NCBI GenBank assembly: GCA_973895155.1
Contig: OZ316899.1
Span: 7,381,241-7,445,240 of the forward strand
Source: Marsupella aquatica
Taxonomy: Eukaryota; Plantae; Marchantiophyta
DNA: 64,000 bases
Reading direction: 5' to 3'
Of the stretch, positions 26,101 through 37,640 are shown one piece after another. The stretch's first letter is position 1, and each line of letters opens with the position of its first letter. The notes under the pieces were generated by a model. It was not told the origin of the DNA. It was given only the letters and a program-made list of their open reading frames with translations, and searched no databases. The position numbers were made by a program, and so were the translations under genes.

Positions 26101-27611
26101 AAAGATATTTATAAACAGCTGAGTTCCCCAAAGGATTATCCAGTAAGGAAAGGAAAATATATGCATATAAGGCTAAGCCGTACACTTTGATTAATCATAC
26201 ACTTTATTACAAAGGGCCCAAAGACATACTCAGAAGAGCAGTACCTGAGGACGAGAAGCAGGAAGCATTAGTAACTGCTCACGAAGGTTTAGGAGGAGGT
26301 CATTTTGGTGCGGAGATCACATTGAGGAAAATATTGCAACAAGGACGATGGTGGCGAACAATGCACAAGGATACCCGGGAATTCGTTAAGACTTGTGATT
26401 TGTGTCAACGTACAGGGCAGATCAAAGAGAGCATGGAGTTCAGGCCTATTATTGCTCCTTATATTTTCCAGAAATGGGGATTAGACTTTATTGGCCCGAT
26501 AACACCACCTTCCAGGTTTTGCCAAAATCATTACATTTTAGCAGCAACCGAATACACCACTAAATGGGTGGAAGCAATAGCAACTCGCGAAAATACAGCC
26601 AAGGTGACTGCAAAGTTTTTATATCAAAATATCATTACAAGGTATGGATTACCCGAAGAATTAGTAAGCGATCAAGGTACGCATTTTCTGAATAACACTA
26701 TTCAGGAATTAACGGAAAATTATCATATCAACCATCGATTCTCAACCCCTTATTATCCACAATGCAACGAGCAAGCAGAATCTACGAACAAAGATCTACT
26801 GAATGTTTTAAGAAAAGTAATTAATGAGCAGCAAAATGACTGGGATGTACAACTATCAGCAGCCGTATGGGCATTTCATACAGCGTATAAAGTAACCACA
26901 GGACACACCCCATTTCAACTTATGTTCGGAGTAGAAGCCCGGATGCCATCAGAATATGAATTACCAAGTCTACAAGTGGCTACAGATTATGATATTAACA
27001 AAAATCCAAGTTTAACCCAGCGACTAAAGGAGTTGATGGAGCTTACAAAGAAAAGAAGAAACGCAGAAGAACATCTGGAACATGTACAAGGACAGCAGAA
27101 AAGACGGATAGATGAACAGAGAGACATCACAATATTCTCTGAAGGAGAATTAGTGTTGTGGTGTAAGAAAAGGGCTCATATAAAGAAAGGAAAATTAAAA
27201 CTTAAGTGGGAGGGACCATTTATTGTACGCAAGGTATGGGGAAATGGAACTTTCGATATCACTAGTCAGGACGGAAGCGAGCAACAGCTGGTAAACAGAA
27301 ACAAGCTCAAGTTATATCACGTTTGGAATGATGTTCACTTAAGAGAGGTAGAATATGTCGTCAATAATCACGATGAGGAGGACGACAGGGAAGTCGTACA
27401 AACATTAATCATCACAACTGATTCTACGGGTTATTTCAAAGATAAGGTGGAAGGTTCCTTCACAAAACGACGAAAGGATGAATTAAGTAATCGCATGGTG
27501 GCAAGCGTGACTATCACTAATCAAGAGGTAAAGGACAAGAATAGGAAAAGGAAGCTATCACACGAAAGGAAGGCAAAGGGTACTCAAACACAATGCCATT
27601 CCCTGTATTGA
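23200..27611 (+). pseudogene. pol: Gypsy pol (protease, RT, RNase H, integrase), disrupted by stops, frameshifts and a MITE
   Basis: Motifs ILDGGSAVN, LLGRPWL, LRVCIDFRKLN, FLDD, TDAS...YYASR, H..GGH, CDLCQ, WGLDFIGP, SDQGTHF and WEGPF. Confidence 0.95.
24159..24506. mobile_element. 348-bp non-autonomous derivative (MITE-like) of the Mutator-like family, 8-bp TSD AGCTGGAG
   Basis: TSD at 24151-24158 and 24507-24514. Ends match copy A ends. Removing it restores pol (VISWSATEEEHTQKINLG). It holds two palindrome variants (24305, 24327). Confidence 0.9.
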
Positions 27612-27798
27612 GAATCACTTAACAGGGAAGTTGCATGTTTTGTTGAAAATGCGCGAAAGTTGGACGAAAGGAAAGAGGAGTGAGACCTTGACAACCATAA
27701 GAGCATTACTAAATTAGAGACCTTACTTACGCTTAGCCAGGAAGTTGAGAGCAACAGCGAAGGTCAGGATTGTTTGGAGACGATGACCCCCGGAGAAG

Positions 27799-30351
27799 TT
27801 GACAGTGGCCGAGTTATTGGAGACGCCAGCAATGGAAGGAAGTTACTCACAAGAAGAGGTCAGTGCAGAAACTATGGAACGCGAGGAAGGGGAGTGTTCC
27901 ACAGGGATGGAAGAGACAGAGGGTTACGAAGAAGAGGAGAAACTGACTGAAGAACAAGAACCGGAGGAGAAAATACTGGAGGAAGCAACACCGATACAGG
28001 AGGACCAGCCTGTAGACTTGCAGGAAGCGATTCTACAACAAAAAATACTTTTAAAGGAAGGAAAGCGAGTCGAATTACAGGAAGGAGATGATGAAGAAGA
28101 ATCAGATGGTGTGGATGAGAAACTATTAACGAGTAACAAGGAAAAACAGAAGGTGGAGGGATTGGAACCAGAGGCCGAGATAGAAGACTTGATCGAAGGA
28201 GCAGATGTAGATGTCGAGATCGTGACAGTCAGCAAGGACATACCACCCAGCGCCAAAACGACAATTTCCAAGAGGTTAAGATTGAGGCAAGCCAAAACGA
28301 TTAAGGGTAAAGCGCGGAGTCAAGTAAACGAATCAGAGGAAGAGGGAACTGAAGAGGAGTCTATAGAGGAAGAAGAGGAATTGGTTGTGAAGCGTGGAAA
28401 CAAAAAGCAAGTAAAGAAAGATCGCAACACGGGGTAGCATGTACTCAAGTTCGAAGGGATGGAACCACACATACTGGAAAACATGAGGAGCGATAATCAT
28501 AGACAGTTCTTGAGAAATCAAGGACTCGAAGAGTTTGTATACTCGGAATGGGCAACGACCACCGATCTGGGATCAAAAGATTACAACAAGTTCATAAACA
28601 CATGGACGGCTTCAGGAAATCAGGGGCACTGCAGGGGAAAACCAATCAAGACTGACCAGGGAACACTGCAAGAACTATTCAAGTTACCAACTAGAGGAGC
28701 CAAAATCAAGAAAAGGATGGGGAAAACATGGCAGCCAACTTTGTTTCCCCAACACAAAGAAGTAGACGATACCAGAGGCTACCAGACGCGACAGTGCACC
28801 GATGACAAGATCAAGGAAAGATTAGAGTTTGTGACTCATGCTTTGCACTGGAAGCGCCCAAGGTCGGAGTACCCACGGTTCATGATAAAGATCATGGAGG
28901 AAGGCGATGGTAAACAGAAGAATTGGGCGTTGTTTTTCCACGAGGGCTTTCATTCAGCACTTAAACGAGCAAAGAAACTTATCGCAACCAGAAGCTATCT
29001 ACCGGCAGAAATTGAGTCACATTTTCAGGTTCTAATCGGGGAGTAGCTAAGGAGGATGACCACACGGGTGCAGAAGAGTAAACCTCAGCTAATGATGGAG
29101 AAACCAGGCACGACGGAGGACCAAAAGCGCAAGAGTGCGACTACAGAAGAGGAAACAACCAAGGGTGGAGGAGGATCCCAAATGAAGCAGCCTGGGAACG
29201 GGAAGAAGCAAATCATAGAAGCAGCCAAACATAAATCAACGGAGGAAAACCAAGAGGAAAAGGAGGAAACGTGGAGTAAGTTCTCCAGTGATAGAAACCG
29301 AAGGGTAAAAGGTACAAATTTGGACAGAAGCAGTTCCGAGGCCATAGATGATACCGACATTAGATACGCAATAGAAACTTGTTCCACACCTGAGGTACAG
29401 ACGGTACAAAGTGTAATTGGGATCGAGAAGCTAAGAGAAGAGATCAAAAACATTAGAAGAAGCAGCATCTTCACCACCATGACAAGACAGGTCATTCGAC
29501 AGGTAGCAATCTACCAAGGGATGAGCAACGCATTGGACCAACATTTTTGGAACGGTAGAGAACAGGAGTTCATTGCAGCAAATGCAAAGGCAGAAGAGCT
29601 AGAGAAGAAAACATCGGAGAATCAGCAGATTATGGAGAAACTGTCAATGGAAGTAGATAGGCTACAAAAGAAAGAGGACAACATTGCAACTATCGAACAA
29701 GGATGGAGGCACGAGGAAACGGCCATGGAATCACTGGCAGAGTTTTTAGGCATGGGAACATTCCAAACGGGAGGCTTGACGGTGAACTACAAAGGTGTGA
29801 CCACAGCGATTAGGGCAGCGATTGAAGCAGAGAAGATGGAGAACCACAAAGCACAGTTGCAAACCGAAGCGAATGCGAAGTCCTTAAAAGAGGTTAAGGA
29901 ATTACAGATGCAACTCAAGGACACCGTGGGTAAGCATCGAAAAGAAGCCAACAAGTGGGAAAAAGAGCAAAAAGAGGTCAAGGAGATAAAGTTGAAATGG
30001 GAAGAATTAGATTCCCAACTCCGTCAAAACATGGGTACAACTCTGCCGGCAGATGTAATGCTAGGGGTACACAAGGAAGCGTTCAACATCGAAATTGACC
30101 AATTGGGTAAGCAGTTGCACACAGCAAACAAGCAAATTGCAGAATTGGAAGCACAACTAGTGCAAGCGAAGGCTCAGCGACCAGGCAACGAGGGGAGAAT
30201 GGAGGAAGTAGAACAGCTCAGGAATGAGAATGATCAGATTTCTCAAGAATTAGAGGATAAGGAACGGTGCATTCTAGACATGAAATCCGAAATCCTGAAG
30301 CTCAAGGTGCAAAATCGTATAGCAATAACTCCCAGCAAGAAAACAGGTTAG
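27799..30351 (+). pseudogene. Long accessory (env-position) ORF of the gypsy, about 850 aa: acidic region, globular region, coiled coil
   Basis: ORFs 27799, 28459 and 29056 are in the same frame, separated by two TAG stops, between integrase and the PPT. Confidence 0.75.
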
Positions 30352-30478
30352 TAGTCAAGAATCAAAGGAGAAGAGTTATAGAGGCTGTGGAGTGAACAAC
30401 GAACAACGAACAGGAAACAACGGTTAACAAAGTAGTAAACGGATATCGAGGACGAATCCATAAGTAAGTAAAGGAGAA

Positions 30479-30715
30479 TGTAAACCAAGGAAATAATTAA
30501 GTAGAATTAGTGGAGAAACGTCAAGCAGAAGATAATAGATCAAGTATTTAAGGGGATCAGTAGCAGGTGGAAATAGCTTAGTAAGATGGATGGGAGACTA
30601 ACATTAAAAGGCACGACAATTTTTGCTATTTGGAGTAGTACCGGATTAGGGTTCTGCTATGAAGGATGCGATACCAAGCTAGGAGACGGCAGAGATTGCG
30701 CTCTGGGGGTGAAAG
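30479..30715 (+). repeat. 3' LTR, first part (PPT at about 30462-30478)
   Basis: AAGTAAGTAAAGGAGAA is followed by TGTAAAC. Interrupted at 30716 by copy A. Confidence 0.75.
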
Positions 30716-31417
30716 GGGGAATTTACAAACGACAGCAAACAGATAACAGTAACAGCAAACAGTTACTGTTATCAGCAAAAAGAAACTGTTACCAATGAAC
30801 AGTGTTTGGGTAGCAGTGAACAGTGATCATGAAAAAAGTGGACGAAAGATGCGTTTCAAACTACTGGTATAGAAATCAAGACAATTAAATTCGCGTGAAA
30901 GGAAATTGGACTAGACGGAATCATGTATTTACAACAAATAAAACCGTCTCACAATTGAGATAAACAAAATCCGAGACCAATATATGTCAAAATACGCAGG
31001 GAAAAAATAAAACTGCCATATATAATCGCAAAGTACATAACGCGTTCGGCGCAGGTCCAAAAAATGCACATATAAGTTAAAACCTGTAGGCCTAGAAATC
31101 TGATATACAGAAGCCACGGTCGACCCCGGCTGAGGATTTCCAGTAAAACAAAAGCAATGTTGGGCGCTAGCCAACAACATCCGGGAAAAACCCTAACAAC
31201 GAAGTCGAGGGCGACTCCATCCTGAAACATCAAAAGAGCTTAAGCAGCACTCGGCGCTAGCTTAAAGTGATCACCAAACTGAACAATGCGATGCCGTTCT
31301 TCGTGAAAAACGGGAGGAACAACAAATAAGTGATTGCATCTAGCTTTCAGAATTGCAATCATCCTCCACTCCTGCCACTTCTCTCCTCCAATTTTTCTTG
31401 AATCCAAGACCACGCAA

Positions 31418-31801
31418 TCAAATGTATCTCTCAGAGGGACCCCGACGCACTACCCTCGTATAAGTTTCATTGGGAGTGTTACTGTCCTTAAAGTCAACTC
31501 GCCCAAACATTTCTTGAACTCTCCTATCGATTGGCAGTACACCATCAACAGGAACAGCCTGATGAGACGAGAACCTGCTTGCGAATGGGAGCGGTGGAGA
31601 ATCAACGATCCACGGGATGTTCTTTTCTCCAGGACTAATAGCCTCATCATACGGTAGAGTGTGACGGTTCCGGAAAGTAGAGGTTTCAGTCTCTTCAGTA
31701 TCCATCCGTGACTCAAAAGAACTGAAATGGCTCTCTTCCGGACGCACACGAGAAGGGAGGAACGTTGCCTCCCAATCCATGAGCTCACCGTTTCTCTCCA
31801 T
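31418..31801 (-). CDS. Conserved small orphan ORF (ORF3), copy A
   Basis: Shares TS.[FI]RNR..LP.DE..SPGE.NI.W..DSPP.PF...FS.H...GR..F.D.N.P with 48838-49272. Confidence 0.7.
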   Translation of the reverse strand: MERNGELMDWEATFLPSRVRPEESHFSSFESRMDTEETETSTFRNRHTLPYDEAISPGEKNIPWIVDSPPLPFASRFSSHQAVPVDGVLPIDRRVQEMFGRVDFKDSNTPNETYTRVVRRGPSERYI

Positions 31802-32049
31802 GTTTAATAAATCCGATCTAGTGGCAACTTCCCCTCTGAAAAAACGCGAAAATTGTACGCAAAAGGTCCTCAAAGGTCCAAAAACGGTCGTGGGTCCCAA
31901 AGATCTTGTCCGGGAGAAATGTCTCCCGCAAAACACCCGAAATGTATCTCCCGCAAACGGGCCGCAAACGGGTGTCGGTCCCAAAATAGTCACCTGTCCA
32001 AAAACTTGTCATCTGTGACAAGTGTCGTCCTTGAAAACTGTCGTCAAAA

Positions 32050-32170
32050 AGAGATCCTAAAATGTTGTCCGAGAGAGATGCCGTCAACAAGAGATCCAAA
32101 AATGTCATGCAAAAAAGCTGTCAACAAGAGATCCGAATGTCATCCTAGAGATCCAAAAATGTCGTCCGAA
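32050..32170. repeat. Short direct repeats AGAGATCC(A)AAAATGTC upstream of ORF3
   Basis: Four imperfect units at about 32050, 32090, 32127 and 32147. Confidence 0.7.
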
Positions 32171-32491
32171 TACAGCCGATGTGGGTTTCTTTGGAAAACT
32201 AACGGACCTAAATGAAATGGCCATTGGTATCCGAAACGTATATTATACTATGTATTGACTACTATTTGTCTCATTCTGATGACCGTTGGTAGGACACGAC
32301 AAAGACCAAACAGCCATGTTACACAAATAAGAGCCAGAAATATTCACTTTATGAATCACCATTTGGCGAGTGCCTGGCGCTTGTAAAAAACACAAGGAAT
32401 CAAACATTAATTTATAAGGACTCAATGAGAGGATTTGAATATAAGTTGGTACTAGCGCCAGGCGCTGGTAAAAAATTACTCCCTAAATTCC

Positions 32492-35400
32492 TCAATACAT
32501 GTCACAATTCTGCAGATTCTGATTCGGACCAGAATTTGTACTCTCGGATTTGTCCGTGGACACAGCCTCATCATCTACGTATTGGCTGCGGGAGAAGTCA
32601 TCAACATAAGGATGTTTAATGAACTTCCTGTCAACACCCCTTCGTAACCAAAGACCTTTGTTTTCCCAGCAAAGCGTCCTTGTACTCTCGGCTTTCCTTG
32701 CGGCTTTCTCTGCATAGGAGGGAAGAACAAAAGGTTTTTCTGGTGTTTCTATGTTGTGTCTAGCAACCCTCCTTTGTAGTTTTAAACGTCTCCTCGCATT
32801 CCACTCTGACCTGATCAAACAAAATCCAGGAAGTTATGTGCCTTTCTCCAAAACAACACAGAAATGTTATAAATTGACGAGAATGGAGAAAGAAGCTTAC
32901 GAGTTTATGAACATTACTCGGAAGAGTGATCACTATCGGTTTCATCAGGAGATCGACAAGGTTCTTCCTTTTCCTCCTCCGAGTCCCCTATACCTTGTTC
33001 CTCTCCATCTCCACCTTCACTGGACTCATCATCATAATCGAGTACCGACCGAAGCTTATCTTGCTTCTTTCTGTCGGCAATAGGAATAGGTGGAGGTAAA
33101 ACCGCAATCTCTTTGGGAGACAACAAATCCATGAAAACCTTCAAAGTGGTTTCAATAAATTCTTTTCTATGTTCTATCCCGAGCACAGACCTCCCGGAGA
33201 AGTCTCCAGCAATGAAGGAGCTTCCAGCCCCAGCGGTCCAATCCATAAAAATATCACAAGGTCGGGTGACAAGCTCAATGACAGATTGCATAAACCCAAC
33301 AGACAGGCGAGCATTTCCAGAAAACTCCATTTGCAGGAATGGATCGGATTTGAGAGAAGGGAGTCCGATCAAATTGGTGACCGAGGGGTCCTCACTGATG
33401 GAGAGTGGACGGAATTTAGGGTCTTTGGGAATTTTGCATTTCCCATTAATTCGACCAAATATGTCCAGCCTGCGGGTAAACATCTGCGGAAAGCAATCCC
33501 AAGTGTCAGTTGGCAACTCCAGGTTAAACGAGTTATATTTCAAAATGCGACATAGTTAAGAGTACAAGATTACCTGACGGTCTGTCTTTGCCGCGTACAT
33601 TGGGACAAACATTACAACATTATGCGTGCATATGCACTGAAATTTTCTCAATTCCTGACAGGCAACAATGACTTGAGACATGGGATCATACTCCCCATTG
33701 TGTAGAATTGCAAGGAATCCATAATCTGATAGAAATGGATCCATGGACTTGAAAAAAGATCTAGCCATGGAGTGATCTGGAGTGTTCCATTTAGGAACCT
33801 TCTTATCTATGATCGTTGGTTTGAACCCGGTCGGTAGGTAAATGAAACCCGCATCCACTCCAAACGATCTTTCTTTTCCTCCCCGCACAACACCCTTCTC
33901 TTTATATCCCGACTTAACGAGATCCTTCCCCCACTTCTCCACATTACTAACCCATTCAGATTTTTCCCCCTTGTTGAAAGTGGAGTCAAAAAATTCGGAT
34001 ATGCTTGTCTCAACCATGGCATGACGAGACACTCTAGTTTTGAAGTTTCCAACTTCAGGTTGGACACCAGATGCTGCAACACTCTCCCTTGAAGAAGGTC
34101 CACCTTCGATAGCTCTCTTTCGTTTCTTCCTGGTACTTGTGGCGTCAACCGGAACTATTACCTTCCCCTTGTCGACAGGAGTAATGGGGTCCGATTGAGC
34201 TCCGGTGTTTGCCTCAGAAACTTCAGGTGTAACATCCACTTTAGTATCTCCTGTTCCCGCAGTATTAGACTTCCTCCCTCCTAAATTACCAATAGGTCCT
34301 AGTTAGAACAAGTAAATCCTGAGTATTCAAACAAGCTAGCGCCAGGCACTAACCAAATGCAAATCACTTAGGTTACAACAAAGGCTTAGGAATGTAGAAA
34401 GAAATGTGAATTCGCATGACAGTTCAAGCCAGCGCCAGGCGCTGGCCAAACTAGGGAACACTATACTCACTTTTCCTCCCAGATTTCGTTGACTCACTTG
34501 GTGTTGCTAACTCCGCTTTTGCTTTTGCTCGAGGTTTGCGACTTCGGTCCACATGAACAATAGTCGTTTCATAGATACTTTGCAAGTCAGTGGCAGACTT
34601 GTCTACATCGTCTAGCAGGCCCTGCTTCATGTCGGACACAATTTTTGCTGGTATGTGGGACTTTGAAAGCTTATGGAATGCATCTTTCTCCCTTTGATCA
34701 AAAGGAGAATCCCATCTATCTGTATCTAGATACCAGGGGCAGTGAGTTCTCCCCCATTCTGTCGTAGGTCTTGGAGGAAATATGCCCTCCGCTGGGTACA
34801 TGGAGTACAAATCAGCTATGGCGTCATCCTCACTTATTGTAATCCACTTCATGAAAGCTGCAGGATATGCCCAGAAGTAATCAGGTTTGGTTACCTCCAT
34901 GTGCATGTAGAACCTGTAAATATACCTTTTAGCCCGCTTCTGGTTTTTCTGGGTATAGTCTTCTTTGTCTGGATACTTTGAAGGCCACATAGTGTGAAAG
35001 AACTTACTCTTCACAGAATCACCATATCTCTTGAATTCATTTGTAACAAACTGAACGAGATCATCAAACGAACCACAATTCCACTCTTCCAATCTAGTCG
35101 CGGGCATCGTTTGCTCTACTTCACGCAGACATGAATGTAACATGCCGACAACAATTCCCTCTACACTATTCCAAGTGATCCAAGTATGACACCATTGTTT
35201 GACTGGGTCGTCGTTAACACTTGCCAGGTGGAAAAACTGTCTCCGCAGTAGGATTGCAATGTGCCACAAGTAGGATGCTCCGCAACTTTGGGTCTAGGGC
35301 AGAAACAGCAGTGAACAATCGGGCGTGGTCCATTGTACATATGACGGCGTCAGGCTTCTTCTCTCTCTTGTTTCTCTCTGTGACAACATACATTTTTGCA

Positions 35401-36714
35401 CATGTACTAAGAAAATCTTCAAATTCAGGACTTAACAAGGGCGTAATTTTTGAGGACTTCACTGCCCAGTCTTTGGTTGCGTCCTTCATCATGGCCGCAT
35501 GGCGTTTGGAAATCTTGTCCATCGACCAGGGACTCCCTTGAGCCTCGGCTGCCTCCATGTCAAGCTTGAATTGGTGAGAATAGGACTTTATCTTATTCTC
35601 ACATAGAATGTAAACAAGAGCTTCCTGTGGCATCTTCTTCGTATACCATGACCCCTTCCGAGTCTTTAGCCGAATGCTCTCAAACTTCTTGAAATTAGCC
35701 GGGTCAATCAGTTTACTGAAATACTCAAGGTCATGCGCCACAATTTGTTTGATTCTATCTGCATTGAGAATCCAGGATGGCTCAACAACTGCTTGGCCAA
35801 GCCTACACGAAGAGATGCAGCGAGTTAGAGTCAAAGTACAATTGATCTATAACCAGTGCCGAGCGCTCTTAAATAGAACACTCGCAAGATTCAAAGAAGG
35901 TATTGGAAAAGAACGATAACTTACTGATTCACGGTGTGCATAGCTGCCTCAATTTCAATAAGAGATCCCTTGTCTCCCTTAAATATTGTGTGCAGAGACT
36001 CGAGGATGGTATTTTGGATTGTCAGGGTTCTCCTCGGTAACAAGCGTCCATGAGTACAGCCTGTGATTTCCATCAAAGACAGAGAACATCTTATCCTTCA
36101 ACACGAGAAAACCTGGATCGGCCTTGCATATGAGCCTCAAACTTCTCGTTCTCCAATTGCCAAATTGGATCCCATGACTCACGAATTTCCTGGGTACAGG
36201 TCTGAACAATTCCATTCTCATCCGTTGGCTGCACATAGAAATGCATTCCTATGGATGAATTGTAACCCATACTGCGAAACAAGTCTTTTAGCTTCTCGAT
36301 TGAAGAGCTATCTTTCTGCAAAGTACGAACCACCTCCATATGAACCAATCGGCATAGAGGGATTCGAGGCGGCTCCTTGTCAAATCCACGAGAATCCTTT
36401 CCAAAACACATGACATGTTTTGAGATGAGATCAGTCTCCGCGAGTGCGCAGTCCGAAACATCTTGGATCGCAATCGTGTCGAGGTTCTCCATCTTTCTAC
36501 GCAGAGATTTGGGAACCAAAACAGCGCTAACAGAAGTAGGAGGCAGCAACTTTGTGGAACGAGTTACACGACGTGTATAAACTGAACCAGTAAACGAAGA
36601 CTGCAAGGATTCAGAATAAGCTCGCTCTTGGTCAGGAACAGCACTATACCCTCTGGATGAAGAGGAGAATACCTCCATCGTCTTCCTTCCAGAAGCGTAC
36701 GAACTATCGTACAA
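32492..36714 (-). pseudogene. ParB/Srx-like domain fused to an N6A/N4C-methyltransferase-like fold, 5 exons, copy A
   Basis: Exon 1: IPLCRLVHMEVVR...IEKLKDLF...G..FYV...VFDGNHRL. Exon 3: VDAGFIYLPTG...FLSDYGFLAILH. Exon 4: RPCDIFMDWTAGAGSSFIAGDFSGRSVLGIE. GT-AG introns at about 35803-35924, 34299-34470, 33484-33573 and 32812-32917 are shared with copy B. Two frameshifts. Confidence 0.75.
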
Positions 36715-36951
36715 TGAAATTATGGAACTTTAATCAACTCTCAACGTGTAATATATTCTAGAAGGAGGGTGGAGTTCAGCGAAACTCTTCGATTAAAGCG
36801 AGAAGCTCGTAAGTTTGGCGGATTCCAACGTATCTATGCGGAGAACTTAATTAGCTAAATCAAGCGATAGAAGAAGCGTAACACACACGGAACTCAGAAG
36901 TTACCGTTAAATATTACCGTTATGACCGTTTTCCTCCCTCACTTGGAATAC

Positions 36952-37363
36952 TAGTGCCGGGCGCTATTATAAACAACTTCCCTTGAAGTAGATAATTTGG
37001 ATGATTGTCATGGCAGCGCCTGGCGCTAGTAAAAACAACAGCTATAGAATAGGTCTGAAATGGTGCCTCGAATACATAAATTTCATCAAAATAACCCAAT
37101 ATTTAAAGAAATGTCTATTGTTTTAATGGTTTTTGGGAAACATTACTTGCATTCTATACTAGTGCCCGGCGCTAGTGATAACGAGTATTTTTCATCCATA
37201 GTTTTAAAAGAATTCACATTTTTATTGATCATTTCAATCCAATTATTTCATAGTATTGATGGATATCTGGAGGGTTTTTGTATACTAGCGCCAGGCGCTA
37301 GTATGGAATATTGAGATTTGGGGCATATTATGTTTGAGACATTTTAGTTAGCGCCAGGCGCTA
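36952..37363. promoter_or_regulatory. Cluster of five 15-bp palindromes in the divergent-promoter region of copy A
   Basis: Copies start at 36952, 37014, 37160, 37286 and 37349. Confidence 0.85.
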
Positions 37364-37640
37364 CTCAAATTGTTCCAACTATACAATATCTTAGAGTCTG
37401 TTAAAGATTTTTGTGGTGCCTTTTTTGGCATTATGTATGCATCTGACATCCGGACTTATCGGGGAAAAATGACAAAAATCATTTATGGCGCCAACGGATC
37501 CTATGTCGACTATGTTTTATGTCTTATACAAACGGATCTGTTAACGTGAAGTTCCCATGTTCGACTGATATAAGCTCCATATTACCATAGACTTTTCTTC
37601 CTCAAAACATTATAGCCCTCGTTATTTGTTTTTGATTGCA

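Noticed and set aside
27924-29981. Antisense S/F/L-rich ORFs
   Set aside because: They are shadows of the purine-rich sense ORF. The same applies to most short ORFs in the track.
32492-36714. Bacterial contamination or prophage explaining ParB-MTase
   Set aside because: The gene has conserved spliceosomal introns and lies in a TSD-flanked element nested among plant retrotransposons.
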